Below, piece by piece: positions 53,001 through 64,000 of a stretch of DNA of 64,000 nucleotides. Within the stretch, counting starts at the first letter, position 1; every line of letters begins with the position of its first letter. The notes below the pieces were generated by a model. That model saw only the letters and a list, made by a program, of their open reading frames with translations. It was not told the DNA's origin and made no database searches. This DNA comes from Blastocladiella emersonii ATCC 22665 (Eukaryota; Fungi; Blastocladiomycota), in the NCBI GenBank assembly GCA_025594325.1, contig JANHCV010000002.1:620001-684000 (forward strand). Reading direction: 5' to 3'. A program made the position numbers and the translations under genes.

Positions 53001-56000
53001 CTTTGGGTTCCACCCGTTCTTGACCTCCTCGGCCGACACGGCGTACAGCCCGCGCGACTGCTTCTGCAGGTAGTTCTCGACGCGGTTCTGCAGGTCCGGG
53101 TTGGTGCGCGCCGCGATCGTGTGGGCCGAGACCACGTCGAGCCCGAACATGCGGTCGGGCACGCGCTCGGCGATCGACGCGAGCGACGCGTTGGGCGCGA
53201 ACGGCTTGCAGTAGACGGTCGGGCTGAGCGCGAACCCGGCCGAGAGGTCCCAGCCGCGGAGCCCGCGCATGCGGTCGAGCGAGTGCGCAACGCCGTTGGC
53301 GGCCGCGAGCTCGGCGAGATTGTAGACGCGCCCGCGGATCGCCGCATACATCTTACGCCCGCCGAACGCGGGCGTCGGCGCGTTGTCGGCGGTGCTCATG
53401 CCGTCCATTTCGCCAAACGAGAACAGGTTGCGCGGCGGGCACACGAGCATGCCCGCGAACAGGATCGCGAACAGCATGGCCGCCGACATGAGGAAGATGA
53501 CCCAGCAGATGGCCACCTTCTCGCGCCACGCCATCTGCGTCTCGCGGTCGCGCATCCCGCACACGCGCAGCGCGAACGGCGGCACCAGGAACGTGAACAG
53601 CCACACGAAGACGAGCCACCGGCGGCGGGCGGCCGTCGGCGTGTTTGGGTCGACGGCCGGCTTGGTGGTGGTGGCCGAGGGCTTGGCGTCGAGACCCGCG
53701 CCGACACCGACGCGCGCGGTGCCGTCGAGCACGGACATGCGCTCGAACAGCGACGGGGTACCGCTGCCGCGGCGCGACCCGCCGGCGTACGACTTGGCGT
53801 CACCGCCCGCGACGGACCGCGCGGCGGCCATGCCGCAGACGCTGGCGGCGAAATCGGGCGGCGGGCTGAGCGGCGACCGGCCGGCGGAGCTGCCGCCCGA
53901 GGAGCTAGCGGCACCCGAACTCTTGGCGCGGTTGAGCGGGCCACTGCCGCCACCGCGGCTGCTGTTGCTCCCGCGGCGCGAGCCGGGACCGCCGCCGGCG
54001 TTACTGCGAGCGTAGAACCGGGACGAGGCGGCGGCGGACCCGCCGGTGCGCGGGGACAGGCCGTCGTACATGCTGTGGGTGTCGGAAACACTGGCGCCGT
54101 CCTCGGTGGCGCCGTCATCCTCGGAGTAGACGCTGCCGGCGTCGTTGAAGGCGGCGCCGATCGTCGGCGTCTGCGCGTTGACCCACGCGCGCCAGTCGTT
54201 GGCGGCGGCCGGGTCCATGAGCGGCGGGAGCTGCATCCCCGGCGAGGGCGCGCCCTGCATGTACATGGGGGCGACGCCGCCGTACGGGCTGGTGGGCGCG
54301 GCGTAGGGGCTGGTCGGCATGACCATGGGCATCATGGCGCCGTTCGCCATAGCGGCCTTGACAGCGCGCTTCCACTCGCGGTGCACGGCGAGCGCGGCCT
54401 CGAGCACGCGCAGGCCGCGCGGGCTGATCCACGCCGCGTCGCGCGCGAGGAGCCGGTCCGCGTCGCCGACGGCCGCGAGCAGCAGTTCGACGCGGTCCGC
54501 GAGCGGGCGGTCGTCGGGGATCCGCAGGTGCAGCGCCATCACGGCCGCGTACCGGGCGGCGAGCTTGGACAGGGGCAGGCGCACCGCGTGCGCGCCGTGC
54601 CGCGGGAACGCGGCCGCCTGCGTGACGAGCGCGTGCGACGACGGCGTCCACCCGCACACCACGTGGCACACGCGCGTCTCCGTCAGCGAGTTGAGCAGGT
54701 CGTCGACCGACGCGTCCAGGTCCTTGACGACGGACCCCGTCGCGGCGCCCGCGCGGAGGCCCGCGGTGCGCCCGTTGGCGGTCGACGCGTTGCGCTTGAC
54801 GCTCGGCGTGCGCAGGGGCTTGTTGGGCAGGTGCCCGCCGGCGGCCGAGTTCTTGCGGCCGAGCTTGCCGTTTCCGCCGCGGGCGGACTTACCGCCGGCG
54901 GCGTCGTCGGGCGACGCGACCTCCTCGTCGAGCGCCGAGAGCCCGAAGAGCTCGCGGAGAAACTCGTTAGCGGTAGCGGTGCGGAACTGGGAGACGACGT
55001 CGACGCCGAGGGCGCGGGTATCGTCGTCGGGGAACGCGCGGCGGAGGCTGCGCGAGCTGCTGAGCGGGGCCGGGGTCCAGTCGAACGGGCCGGTGCACCG
55101 GCCCGAGAGCTCGTCGGCGACGAGGTCGCCGTACACGCGGCGCAGGGCGTCGGCCTGGAAGTGGTCGAGCTTGGCGTTGACGCGGTGCACGAGCGCGTCC
55201 CAGAACGATGTGATCTGGACACCGCCCGCGGCGCCCGCCGATTCGTCGCTCCCAGGAGTGCGCGATTCGTCGAGCCGCATGTCCGGCATCGCGACGACCG
55301 TGATGAGCCCCGCGGGCGGGGTCCCGTCGCGCGCCATGGCGGCGCCGAGCCGCGTGTTGATGAACTCGAGAATCCATGTGAACAGCAGGGAGTACACGGC
55401 CTGCGCGACCTGCATCGCGTGCGCGACGGCCTGCTCGGGCGTCAGGTCGCGCGCGCACCGCGTGCCGCCGACGTCGACGACCGTCGACACGAGGAGCCCG
55501 CGCAGCGTGTCGGTCGGCAGGCCCAAAAGATCGGCGGCGGCCACGAGATGCGTCTCGTCCGCGACGACGGTGATGGGCGCGCGCGTCTCGGGGTCGCGGC
55601 CGTCGGCAAACTCGATACTGGCGAGATGCAGGATCGCGGCGAGCACGCCGGCGACGCGGTCCTGCGCGGCGCGCGAGAACCCGAGCGTCTTGAGCGCCGC
55701 GAGCGTGGCGGTCCACCCGGCGGTCTCGGACCGCGCGCTGCGGCCCGAGGCGGCCGACGTGGTCAGGAGCGCCGGCACCTCGCGCGCGGTCTTGGGCAGG
55801 TGCCAGGCGCGGCGCTGGTCGGCGGTCGCGCCCGCGAGCAGCTGGTGGAAGATCGGGAAGCTGGCGAGCGCGGTCGCGTCGAGCGCGTAGTCGAGGACCT
55901 GCGCGCCGGCGACGCGGTGCTTGTCGTCGAGGTGCAGCTCGAGCGCGACACCGACCACCTGGTCGGGCACGGGTACGTCGCGGCGTGGGTACGCGGTCGT

Positions 56001-56779
56001 CGGGACCGTGGCCAGGGCGCCGATCACGGAGAGGGCCGCGGCGACGCGGTCGGGGACCTTGCCGCGCTTGGCGGCGGTCGGCTTGGCCAGCGACGCCAGC
56101 AGCAGGTCGACGAGCGACGTGGTCACGGACCATTTGCCCTGGCCGCGTGTGCCGCTACATCAGGTGGGACGGAGTGGCGAGGGGTCAGCGACGTGCATGG
56201 GACGCAGGATGTGGCGATGGCGGCGGCGCAGCGGCGACACCCCGGGGTCGGCCGGCAGAAACGGATCACGGCTGATCCATCATCACCTGGCGCTTGAGCG
56301 CTGGAGGGGCACGGCGGCAGGGCAGGGACGTCGCCGCGAAAAGACGAAGGCCGGCGAAATGTCGGAGGAAGACGACGAGAAACGCACCGAACCACTATCG
56401 ACTGGTCGATATCCGTAGCGCGGGCCGCCTGCGCGACCTGGAGTGCGAGGGCAGCGAGGCTCTGCGCGTTGGGCTCGTTGACCTCGAGCGCGGGCGGCGG
56501 GCGCGGGTCGCCGCCGGCGGGCCAGTGCGGCATGCCGCCCGTGGCGGGCGACGAGGTGGCGGCGATGGCCGTGGGCGCCGCCATGGCGCCGGCGAGCCAC
56601 GATAGGCCGGCGCGCAGCGAGCGCGACGCGGCCGAGGTCCCCGCCGACGGGTTGGTGAGCAACACGGTGCCCGCGGCGGGCAGGAAGCCGTGCACCTCGT
56701 TGTCGTAGGCGGTCGCGCCGCTCGCCATGGCGTGCACGGCGGCGGCCGACGGGGTCGACGACGGCGACGAGGCCGTCAT
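50058..56779 (-). CDS. Chitin synthase with myosin-motor-like domain, cytochrome b5-like region and DEK-C domain (division 2, class V/VII type), multi-exon
   Basis: Motifs [46 protein letters not shown] and DEK-C ([20 protein letters not shown]). The N-terminal region aligns with the myosin head ([27 protein letters not shown]). First intron 56387-56155. Confidence 0.95.
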
Positions 56780-57221
56780 GGTATCGGTGGGGGTGGGAGG
56801 GCGGCGAGGGCCCTGCGTGGTTGGCGTGGTTGGCGTGTGTGTTCTCTGTGGAAGGTAATGTGCGATGCGAAGCGATGCGGTTCGAGCGCGCGGCGGCGGC
56901 GTGAGCGGGGAAGGACGGCGAGGCGGCGCGCGGAAGAGAGGACGACGCACATGCGGGCGCGGGAAGTCGTGGCCTTGTGCGTCTATCGACTGGCGCCGCG
57001 GTCTCTATGTCTATGTTCCGTTCACGGCGTGGCCGGGGGCGAGGCTTCGAAAGTGGCGGTGGCGGGGGGAGGAAGAGCGAGCGAGGTGAAATGAACGGCC
57101 GTAAGCCACCGCTGGTCGCTGCGGGCGCCCGCGCCACTCACGCGGGCCGATCGGCCGGCGCGTCTCTTTCCTCTCGCATCACGTCTCTCTCTTCTCAAAA
57201 ATGTGTATGCCCGCTATCAAC

Positions 57222-57913
57222 TCAGGCCTTGCCGGCAGCCTCGGCAAAGTACCCCTCCATGGCCTCGACAATGAGGCGCTTGCGGACGACCGAAAGCTCC
57301 TCGTCCTTGGCGACGCGGGCCATGAGGAGCCCCGTACCCTTGCGGTTGTGGACGCCGAGCTCCTTGCACAGCTCGTGGACGCGCACGCGGGCCTCGTCGT
57401 CGGACAGGATGCGCGGCAGGTACGCGTCGAGCAGGGCGGCCTCGGCGCGCTCCTTGGCGGCGAGGTCGGCGCGGCCCGCCTCGTCAAACATCTTGGCCGC
57501 CTCGAGGCGCCGCTTGTGCGCGGCCATGACCAGCGACAGGTACTCCTTGGGCGGGTTGGCCGACTTCTCGGCGTACGTGATGTCCGACAGGATCCCGCGG
57601 ATCACCGTCGACCGCGCGCTGTCCTTGGCACGCATCGCCGTCTTGAGGTCGGTCTTGAGCTTGGCCACGAGCGCTGTGGGCGTGGGCGTGTTAGCGGTGC
57701 ACCTGTGCGCGTCGCGGTAGCGAACGTACCCTCCGAGGGCTTGGCCGGGGCAGCAGCGGCGGGCGCAGCGGGGGCGGCCGCAGCAGTCGACTCGAAGCGA
57801 GCCTGCACAGCCCAGCGGGCAACCGGCTCAGCGACAGCGGGGCGAGCAACCGCCACAGCGCGGGCCGACACCGCCGCAGTGGGCGCGCCGCGGAGAATGG
57901 AGCGGGCGAGCAT
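57222..57913 (-). CDS. AIM41: Mitochondrial GatB/YqeY-family protein (Aim41-like), 2 exons
   Basis: Arg/Ala-rich presequence-like N-terminus, then KLKTDLKTAMRAKD, KRRLEAAKMFDEAGRADLAAKERAEAALLDAYLP and GLLMARV. Confidence 0.85.
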
Positions 57914-58460
57914 GGTGCAGCAAGTTGGATCGGCGGGCGACGCGTGCTGAGGGTGCGAGACGCGTTCGTGGAGACACTTTTCATCGCGCGCGAAGACTCG
58001 ACGTTTACGCTCACCGATCATCCCGTGATACATGAAGGCCATCTCGAAACATGATGCAGGCCATCCGCATTGCTGGTGACCCGCGAATAGCCACGCGGGA
58101 ACAACCTGCGGCGCCTGCGAGCGATTCGGCGCCGTCCCCGTGCTTGGTTCGCACCGGATCCCGCTCGTCCGCTGGCCGTGGACGACAATGGCGACGGCGA
58201 CGACGACGACGACGGGGCCGGCTGGGACGTGATCAGCAGCGCAACGTGCCGGTGCCCACGGTCGACGCGGACCGCTTCGTCGCAGCGCAGCGGCCGGGCA
58301 TCTTCCCCGAATTCACGGCCGGCGCCGTGCCCTGCCGTTCCCGGCGAGGCTCCCTCGCGCGGCCGCCCCTCTCAAAACTCTCTCTCTCCCCAACTCTACG
58401 CCCCCACAGCCACAACGAATTCGCTCCTCTTGCTCTTGCACATCTGCCCGACGCTAGACC

Positions 58461-59753
58461 ATGAAGTCGGCCCTCCTGACGCTGCTGCTCGCGACGGCCC
58501 TGCTGTCGGCCGCGGCGCCCGCGCACGCCGGCGGTCCGCTCGCCTACGCGGCCGGCGACGCCTTCGTGCCCCTCAACTTTGGCGGCGACACGTCCTTCAC
58601 GAACCTGCGTCTCGCCGAGGGTGGGTCGGACGCGCCGACGTTCCTCACGCTGCGCACGCCGTGCCGGTTCGCCGCCTCGGTGCAGCTCCGCACCACGCCG
58701 CTCGCCGGCGTCACCGTTGTGCCGTGCCCCGCGACGGGCGCTGACGAGGCGTGGCGCGACGAGCTGTTCGCGATTCCCGCTGGCTCCCCGTCTGTCCGCA
58801 TCGCCGTCGAGGCGTCGCAGGCCGTCCGCGTCGAGTACCGCGCCGTCCGCGGCATCGTACGTTCGGGAGAAGGGAAACCTTGTTCCCGGTGCAGGAACCT
58901 TATGCAGCCGCAACCCCGTGTGTGTAGTGCAACGAGCCCATCTCGACGTCGCCGTGGGGCACCGGCCGCGTGGCGCTGACGGCCACGGGCGCGGGCGCCG
59001 AGCTCGCCCTCGTCGTGGCTGGTACCGCCGACTCGGGCGCCGCGGCCAACGCCGTGTGCCGCGCCCAGGGCATGGCCGTCGCCCGGCTCGCTGCCGAGGA
59101 CCTGGATGCTGTTGGCAAGCGTACGTGATCATGGTCGACCATGAGTACCGCGCTCGGTTGGTTGACCACCGCACCTTGTAGTCGTCATGACGTGCGGCGA
59201 GGCGCTGCGGTTCAGCGAGCAGGACGCGACGCCGGCGCACCTGCTGGCCCTGTCCGCGGCCACAGGCGACGCGGCCCTCGTCGACTTCTTCACGGTACGC
59301 CCTCGCCTGCCCACCCCCTCACAATCGGACCCAACCCTCACTCTCCGCCCACATCCATCCGCATAGCACGAGCTCTCGGCCCTCCCCGCCACCGCGACCC
59401 CGGTCCCCGTCCTGTGCCAGTCGACCAAGCAGCGCCCGCGCCTGTCGCTGAGCTCGTCGTCCGGCCCACACGCGTCGTGCGACGCCGGGTCGGTGCCCGC
59501 CGTCTTCTCGCCAGCGCGCCCCGCCGAGTACGCGACCGCCGCCGCGCTCGTCTTCGACACGCTCGGCCCCAATGCGCGCGCGTGGGCCGGCGGGTGGAAC
59601 GGCGCCGTGTACGGCCGCGCCGTGTTCCTCGGCGGCACCGACGCGCCTGTGCCCGAGGCTAGCTGGCCCGCCGAGGCGTCGGTTGTCGAGGTCGCGGCCG
59701 AGGTCGCTGCCCAGCTCAACCTGCGCACCGTGTGCCGCGCGCTCGACGAGTAG
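58461..59753 (+). CDS. Secreted protein of unknown function, 4 exons
   Basis: Signal peptide MKSALLTLLLATALLSAAAPAHA; three GT-AG introns; Cys-containing segments; C-terminal AWAGGWNG...VC motif. Confidence 0.7.
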
Positions 59754-59900
59754 TAGGTCGCTCAGAGTGACACCTTTTTGTACAATGGATGTGTGTGATT
59801 ACAAATGCTCGTGTGGATCATCATCATCACCGTCATCATCACCAAACTCTCGCACGCGCGCGCACCGACCGATCACGACCGCGATCACACGCGTGCTCGC

Positions 59901-60353
59901 TCAGGCCATGTCGGCAGGCCGGCCGGTGCGCACCTGGTACGCCTTGGGGAGGTTGAGCAGGGCCGAGACGCCGCCGACGCCCGCCATGGACGTGGCCCAC
60001 GCCTCGGACGTGGTCCACGCGTGCTTGCCCGTGGCCGCCAGCAGGCCGACCGACGCCAGCGTGCCCACGTCGTAGCCCATCTTGGTCTCGCCCTGCCCGA
60101 TCTTGTACCCGGCGTACGCGTACATGGCAGCCGCCGCGCCCGCGATCACCGCGTTGCGCGGGTTGCCCATGCGCGCGTACGCGACCCACGCGCCCAGACC
60201 GCTCGCGCCCGACATGGTGTAGTGCGGCAGCGGGTCCACGTGCGTCGAAAACGTCGTCATTGGCGACACCACGGCCTCGGCCGGCGTCGCGGGACCGCCG
60301 CCCGGCGCCGTCTTGGTCTTGTCGGGGTGCGACGGGTAGAGGGGTCCGGACAT
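59901..60353 (-). CDS. TMEM14/UPF0136-family small membrane protein
   Basis: HYTMSGASGLGAWVAYARMGNPRNAVIAGAAAAMYAYAGYKI plus further short hydrophobic helices, matching the TMEM14 layout. Confidence 0.7.
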   Translation of the reverse strand: MSGPLYPSHPDKTKTAPGGGPATPAEAVVSPMTTFSTHVDPLPHYTMSGASGLGAWVAYARMGNPRNAVIAGAAAAMYAYAGYKIGQGETKMGYDVGTLASVGLLAATGKHAWTTSEAWATSMAGVGGVSALLNLPKAYQVRTGRPADMA

Positions 60354-60634
60354 CTTGGTGGTGGTGGTGCGGGTGGTGGTTGTTGATGCGTAGCAGGTGG
60401 CCGTCGTGTGGGCGGATGCTTGGGGGGAGGAGAGGGGAGAGCGAGCGCGCGGGCGCGCCTTTGAGCGGGTCGGTGCGGGCGGGCCGATGGCCGGCGGCGA
60501 CGCGTGTGAGCGAGGCAGCCGGGTGTGCACGCGTTGATCATCCTGAGACACGCGTTGCCCTTGGCCCGCCCACGGCGGTTCGATCCACGCTCTCCCCGCA
60601 TCGGCGTGAGACCACCGCCGCCATCGCCTCCACC

Positions 60635-63600
60635 ATGGATTCGAACGATACACCGTCCGAGATCACGGCGGCCACGTCGGCGTCCACGGTGACGCCCGCC
60701 GCGGCGCCCGCCATCCTGACGCTGCCGCTGCTCGGCGGCGCCGCGACCATCACCATCCGCGCCCCGCCCGCCGTCGAGCCGCCGCCCACCTCGAGCCCCG
60801 CGGCTGCCGCGTCGCTCCCGCGCCGGCCCATCCTGCTGTCGCCCGCCGAGGCCGCCGCCGTGCGCGGGTCGAGTGGAGCCAACGGCGGCAGCGGCGGCGG
60901 CGGGTCGTCGGTCGCGTTCACCGAGGACCAAGCGCTCCGCGCGCGCCGCGTCACCGAGTGGATGGAGCACCGGCTGCCCGCGTCACACGACGACCTGCTG
61001 CTTCCCGCCATGGCGGCCGCCGCCGAAGAGTCGACCGAGGCGTCCGAGGCCGACGAGCTCGTCCCGCTCCTCGACGACGACCCGGGCTTCGAGGGCATCG
61101 ACATCGAGCACGACCGCCCGCCGACACCGCCCGCGCCGCCGCCGCCGCCGCCCAAACCCATCCGGCTCGGCTGGGTCCGCGGTGTGACCATCCCGACGTG
61201 CGAGTTCATGTGGAGCGTGCTCATCTTTGTCCGGTTCGCGTGGATCGTCGGCAACACGGGCCTGCTTCTCGGGCTCACGCTCATCGCCGTGTGCGCGGGG
61301 ACCGTCGCCATCTCGGCCACGTCGGTCGCGGCCGTCGCCACCAACGGGCTCCCGCGCGACGGCGTCGTCCCCGTCCTCACGCGCACGCTCGGGTCGGGCA
61401 TCGGCGGCGCCATCGCGCTCATCTTCGGGCTCGGCGTCGCCATCTTCGCGAGCGTTGAGGTCGTTGGGAGCGTCGAGGGTCTGCTCCTCGCGTCCGATTT
61501 CCCGTGGACTACGGGCGCCCCCGAGTGGGACCAGCGCATCGTCGCTATCGTGTGCCTCACCACGCTCGTCTCGGTCGCGCTGCTCGGGCACAAGGCCGTG
61601 TTTCGGTACGCGTCGCTCATGGATGAGGCCGACGGCGTGATGTGATCACTGATCTCGCCGCCGACCTCGTGAGTGTAGCTTGTCGCTGCTCTTCATGGTC
61701 GCCCTCATCGTCGCCTTCTCGAGTCTGTTCCTCGGCTTCGCCTTCGCGCCGCACGGCAACACGTTCGGCGGGCGCATCACGGGCTGGTCGTGGGACACGC
61801 TCAACGCCAACCTGCTGCCGCACCCGGACCTCGACACGACGGCCGTCCTGACGCTGCTGTTCCCGTGCTTCCTCGGCATCTTCACCGGCGTCAACAACGC
61901 GTCGACGCTGCGCAACCCGTACATTGCGATCCCGCGCGGCTCGCTCGCCGCCATCGCCACCTCGGCCACGCTCTACGCCGCGCTCTTCACGTGCCTCGCG
62001 GCCGTCATCCCGCGCGACCTGCTCCTCACCGAGCTCACGGTCGCCCCGCAGCTCGGGTGGCCGCTCCCGCACCTCGCGATCGGCGGCCTGTTCCTCGTCG
62101 GCAACGGGTCCGCGCTCCACTGCATCATGCTCTCGTCGCAGGTCCTCTGCACGCTGTTCGCCGACCGCATCCTGCCGCGCCCCTGGTGGTTCCCGCCGCT
62201 CGAGGCCCGCGGCAGCCTCGTCGCGCTCGTCAAGCGCACGCGGCGGTCGGGCGCGTGGGAGGGCGACGAAGCGCCTGCGCCCGATACCGGTGGGAGCGGC
62301 GAGCCGCGCGTCGCGGTCCTGTTCTGCGGGCTCATCACGCTGCCGTTCGTGTTCCTCGACGACCTCGAGACGCTCGCCGTCATGGTCGCCATGTGCTTCC
62401 TGCTGTCGTACGCCTTCACCAACCTGTCGTGCACCGCGCTCGAGTGGCTCAAGATCCCCGAGTGGCGGCCCGTCTACCGCGGGTACCACTGGGCGCTGTC
62501 CCTCACGGGCGCCGCCGCCTGCATCACCCTCATGTTCCGCGTCAACGCGCTCGCCGCCGCTACCCTGCTCCTCCTCGCCGCCGCGGGCACCGTCGCGATC
62601 CAGCTCTCGGCGTCCGCGTCCGCCGCCGCCCGGTCCAAGCAGACCCGCCACCGCGCCGGGTGGGGCGCTACCGACAAGGCCGCGGGCAGCCGCCCGTTCC
62701 GCGGCCGCGCGCAGCAGTGGGGACACACGGTCCACGGGCTCCTGTACCAGATCGCGCTCAACCACCTGCTCGCCGTCGAGTCCGAGGCGCTCACCGAGGT
62801 CGAGCACGCCCTGCGCGCCGAGGCTGCGGGTGCCGCTGCCGGGCGCGCGGTCGCCGTGATTCCGCCGTCGACACGCGTGCTCGAGGAGGCCGAGCAGCCG
62901 CAGCCGCAGCAGCTTCGCCGCCGCCGACCCCGCCCGCACGGCCCCGACTCGTCGGACGGCGACGACAGCGACGAGGACGGGTCCCTCTCGGGGTCGAGCG
63001 AGGACCACGAGTCGTGGTCGGCGTCGTCGCGCGACGAGGACTCGCTCGCGCACTTTCTCGAGTCGCAGACCACCACCTCAACCGCCGATGACGACGCGGT
63101 CCCCGCGGCCGCCCTCGAACCGCCCGCGCTCCGCCCCGTCAACGCGCTGTGGAAGCCGCAGCTCGTCGCCTTCTTCTCCATGCCGCGCGGCCGCATCCTG
63201 TACCCGCGCCTCCTCTCGCTCGTCTCGCAGCTCTCGTCGCGCGGCGGGCTCTGCGTCCTCAGCCATATCGTCGTCCCGCCCAACTCGACGGCGACGCCCG
63301 CCACGCGCAGCGACGAGTACCGCGGCGAGCGGCCCGAGGCGCCGGCGGTGTCCCGGCCCCCGCCGCCGCCCGAGATCGTCATCTCGCCCGCCGAGCCCGA
63401 GAACGGCGGCTCGTCGACGACGACCGAGGACGACGAGACGCCGACGCCCGGCAGCCACGGGCCGTGCGGCAGCGCGCGGTCCGACGACAACAACGCGGGG
63501 ACCGCCGAGGACGATGAGGGCAACGACGAGGACGACCCGGACGCGGACGGGACCAACCGCAGCACCGCGCCCGTCGCCGTACGCCGTTCCAACGCTGGTG

Positions 63601-64000
63601 GCGGGTCGTCGTCGTACCAACGCAGCCGGCGCGGTGACGACGTGCAGATGGACGTGCAGATGGCGGCGTGCGACACGCGGGTGCGTCGGCGGCGCGTGCT
63701 CCTGCACCGTGCCATGGAACGCGAGGGGCTCGCCGGGTTCGTCAAGGTATTTGTGTGCCCGAGCGTGCGCATGGGCCAGTCGGTGCTCCTGCAGACGGTC
63801 GGGCTCGGCGAGCTCACGGCCAACACGGTGCTCGCGGCGTGGCCCGACCAGGCCGGCGGCGCGCAGCCCGCGTGGGCGGCCAAGCTCGACCGCGTCCGCG
63901 GTCTCGCACAGCTGTGGCGGCTTGCCAGCGTGTCCGGGCTCAACGTGCTCGTCGCCAAGGGCATCCTCTCGTTCCCCGACAGCAACGACGGCGCGCTCGT
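60635..64000 (+). CDS. SLC12 cation-chloride cotransporter family (SLC12A9/Vhc1-like), 3'-incomplete
   Basis: LGWVRGVTIPT...SVLIFVRFAWIVGNTG, LLFPCFLGIFTGVNNASTLRNPYIAIPRG and WKPQLV. One intron at about 61608-61678; the frame runs off the window. Confidence 0.85.

Noticed and set aside
1-64000. rRNA, tRNA, LTR or retroelement reverse transcriptase, DDE transposase, tyrosine recombinase
   Set aside because: No cloverleaf, rRNA-like segment or catalytic motif was recognised by eye. tRNAscan-SE and a repeat-library search would be needed to exclude them.

Overview
This is a GC-rich eukaryotic genomic window with short spliceosomal GT-AG introns (mostly about 55-90 nt) and CACCATG-type start contexts. 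It is not prokaryotic. Gene content and intron style point to an early-diverging, probably zoosporic fungus such as a Blastocladiomycota-like species (inference). Conserved genes: WrbA/Pst2-type flavodoxin-like quinone reductase, BLOC-1 subunit 1, Cdc10-type septin, a large PPR protein, Scc3/STAG cohesin subunit, a TmcB/C-like membrane protein, a CoA-type Nudix hydrolase, three C2-domain paralogs plus one degenerate C2, a cytochrome P450, a chitin synthase with a degenerate myosin-motor-like domain, Aim41/YqeY, TMEM14 and an SLC12 cotransporter that runs off the right edge. Accessory material is interspersed. (i) At 1-4332 there is an array of three diverged, intronless paralogs of a family I cannot name: one intact, one with a deletion plus frameshift, one with a single in-frame TAG. 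(ii) At about 26845-27650 there is a mosaic of decayed fragments copied from two genes further upstream in this window. (iii) At about 39566-40720 there is a 5'-truncated Fanzor/TnpB-like RuvC plus zinc-finger ORF, followed by a hairpin-rich segment that is a candidate omegaRNA; it sits between two repeat-built Gln-rich genes. (iv) At 44841-49614 a spliced gene carrying at least six SUMO-interaction-like motifs faces a gene with a BED-like zinc finger. No rRNA, tRNA or CRISPR array was recognised. All homology statements come from alignment by eye; no searches were run.
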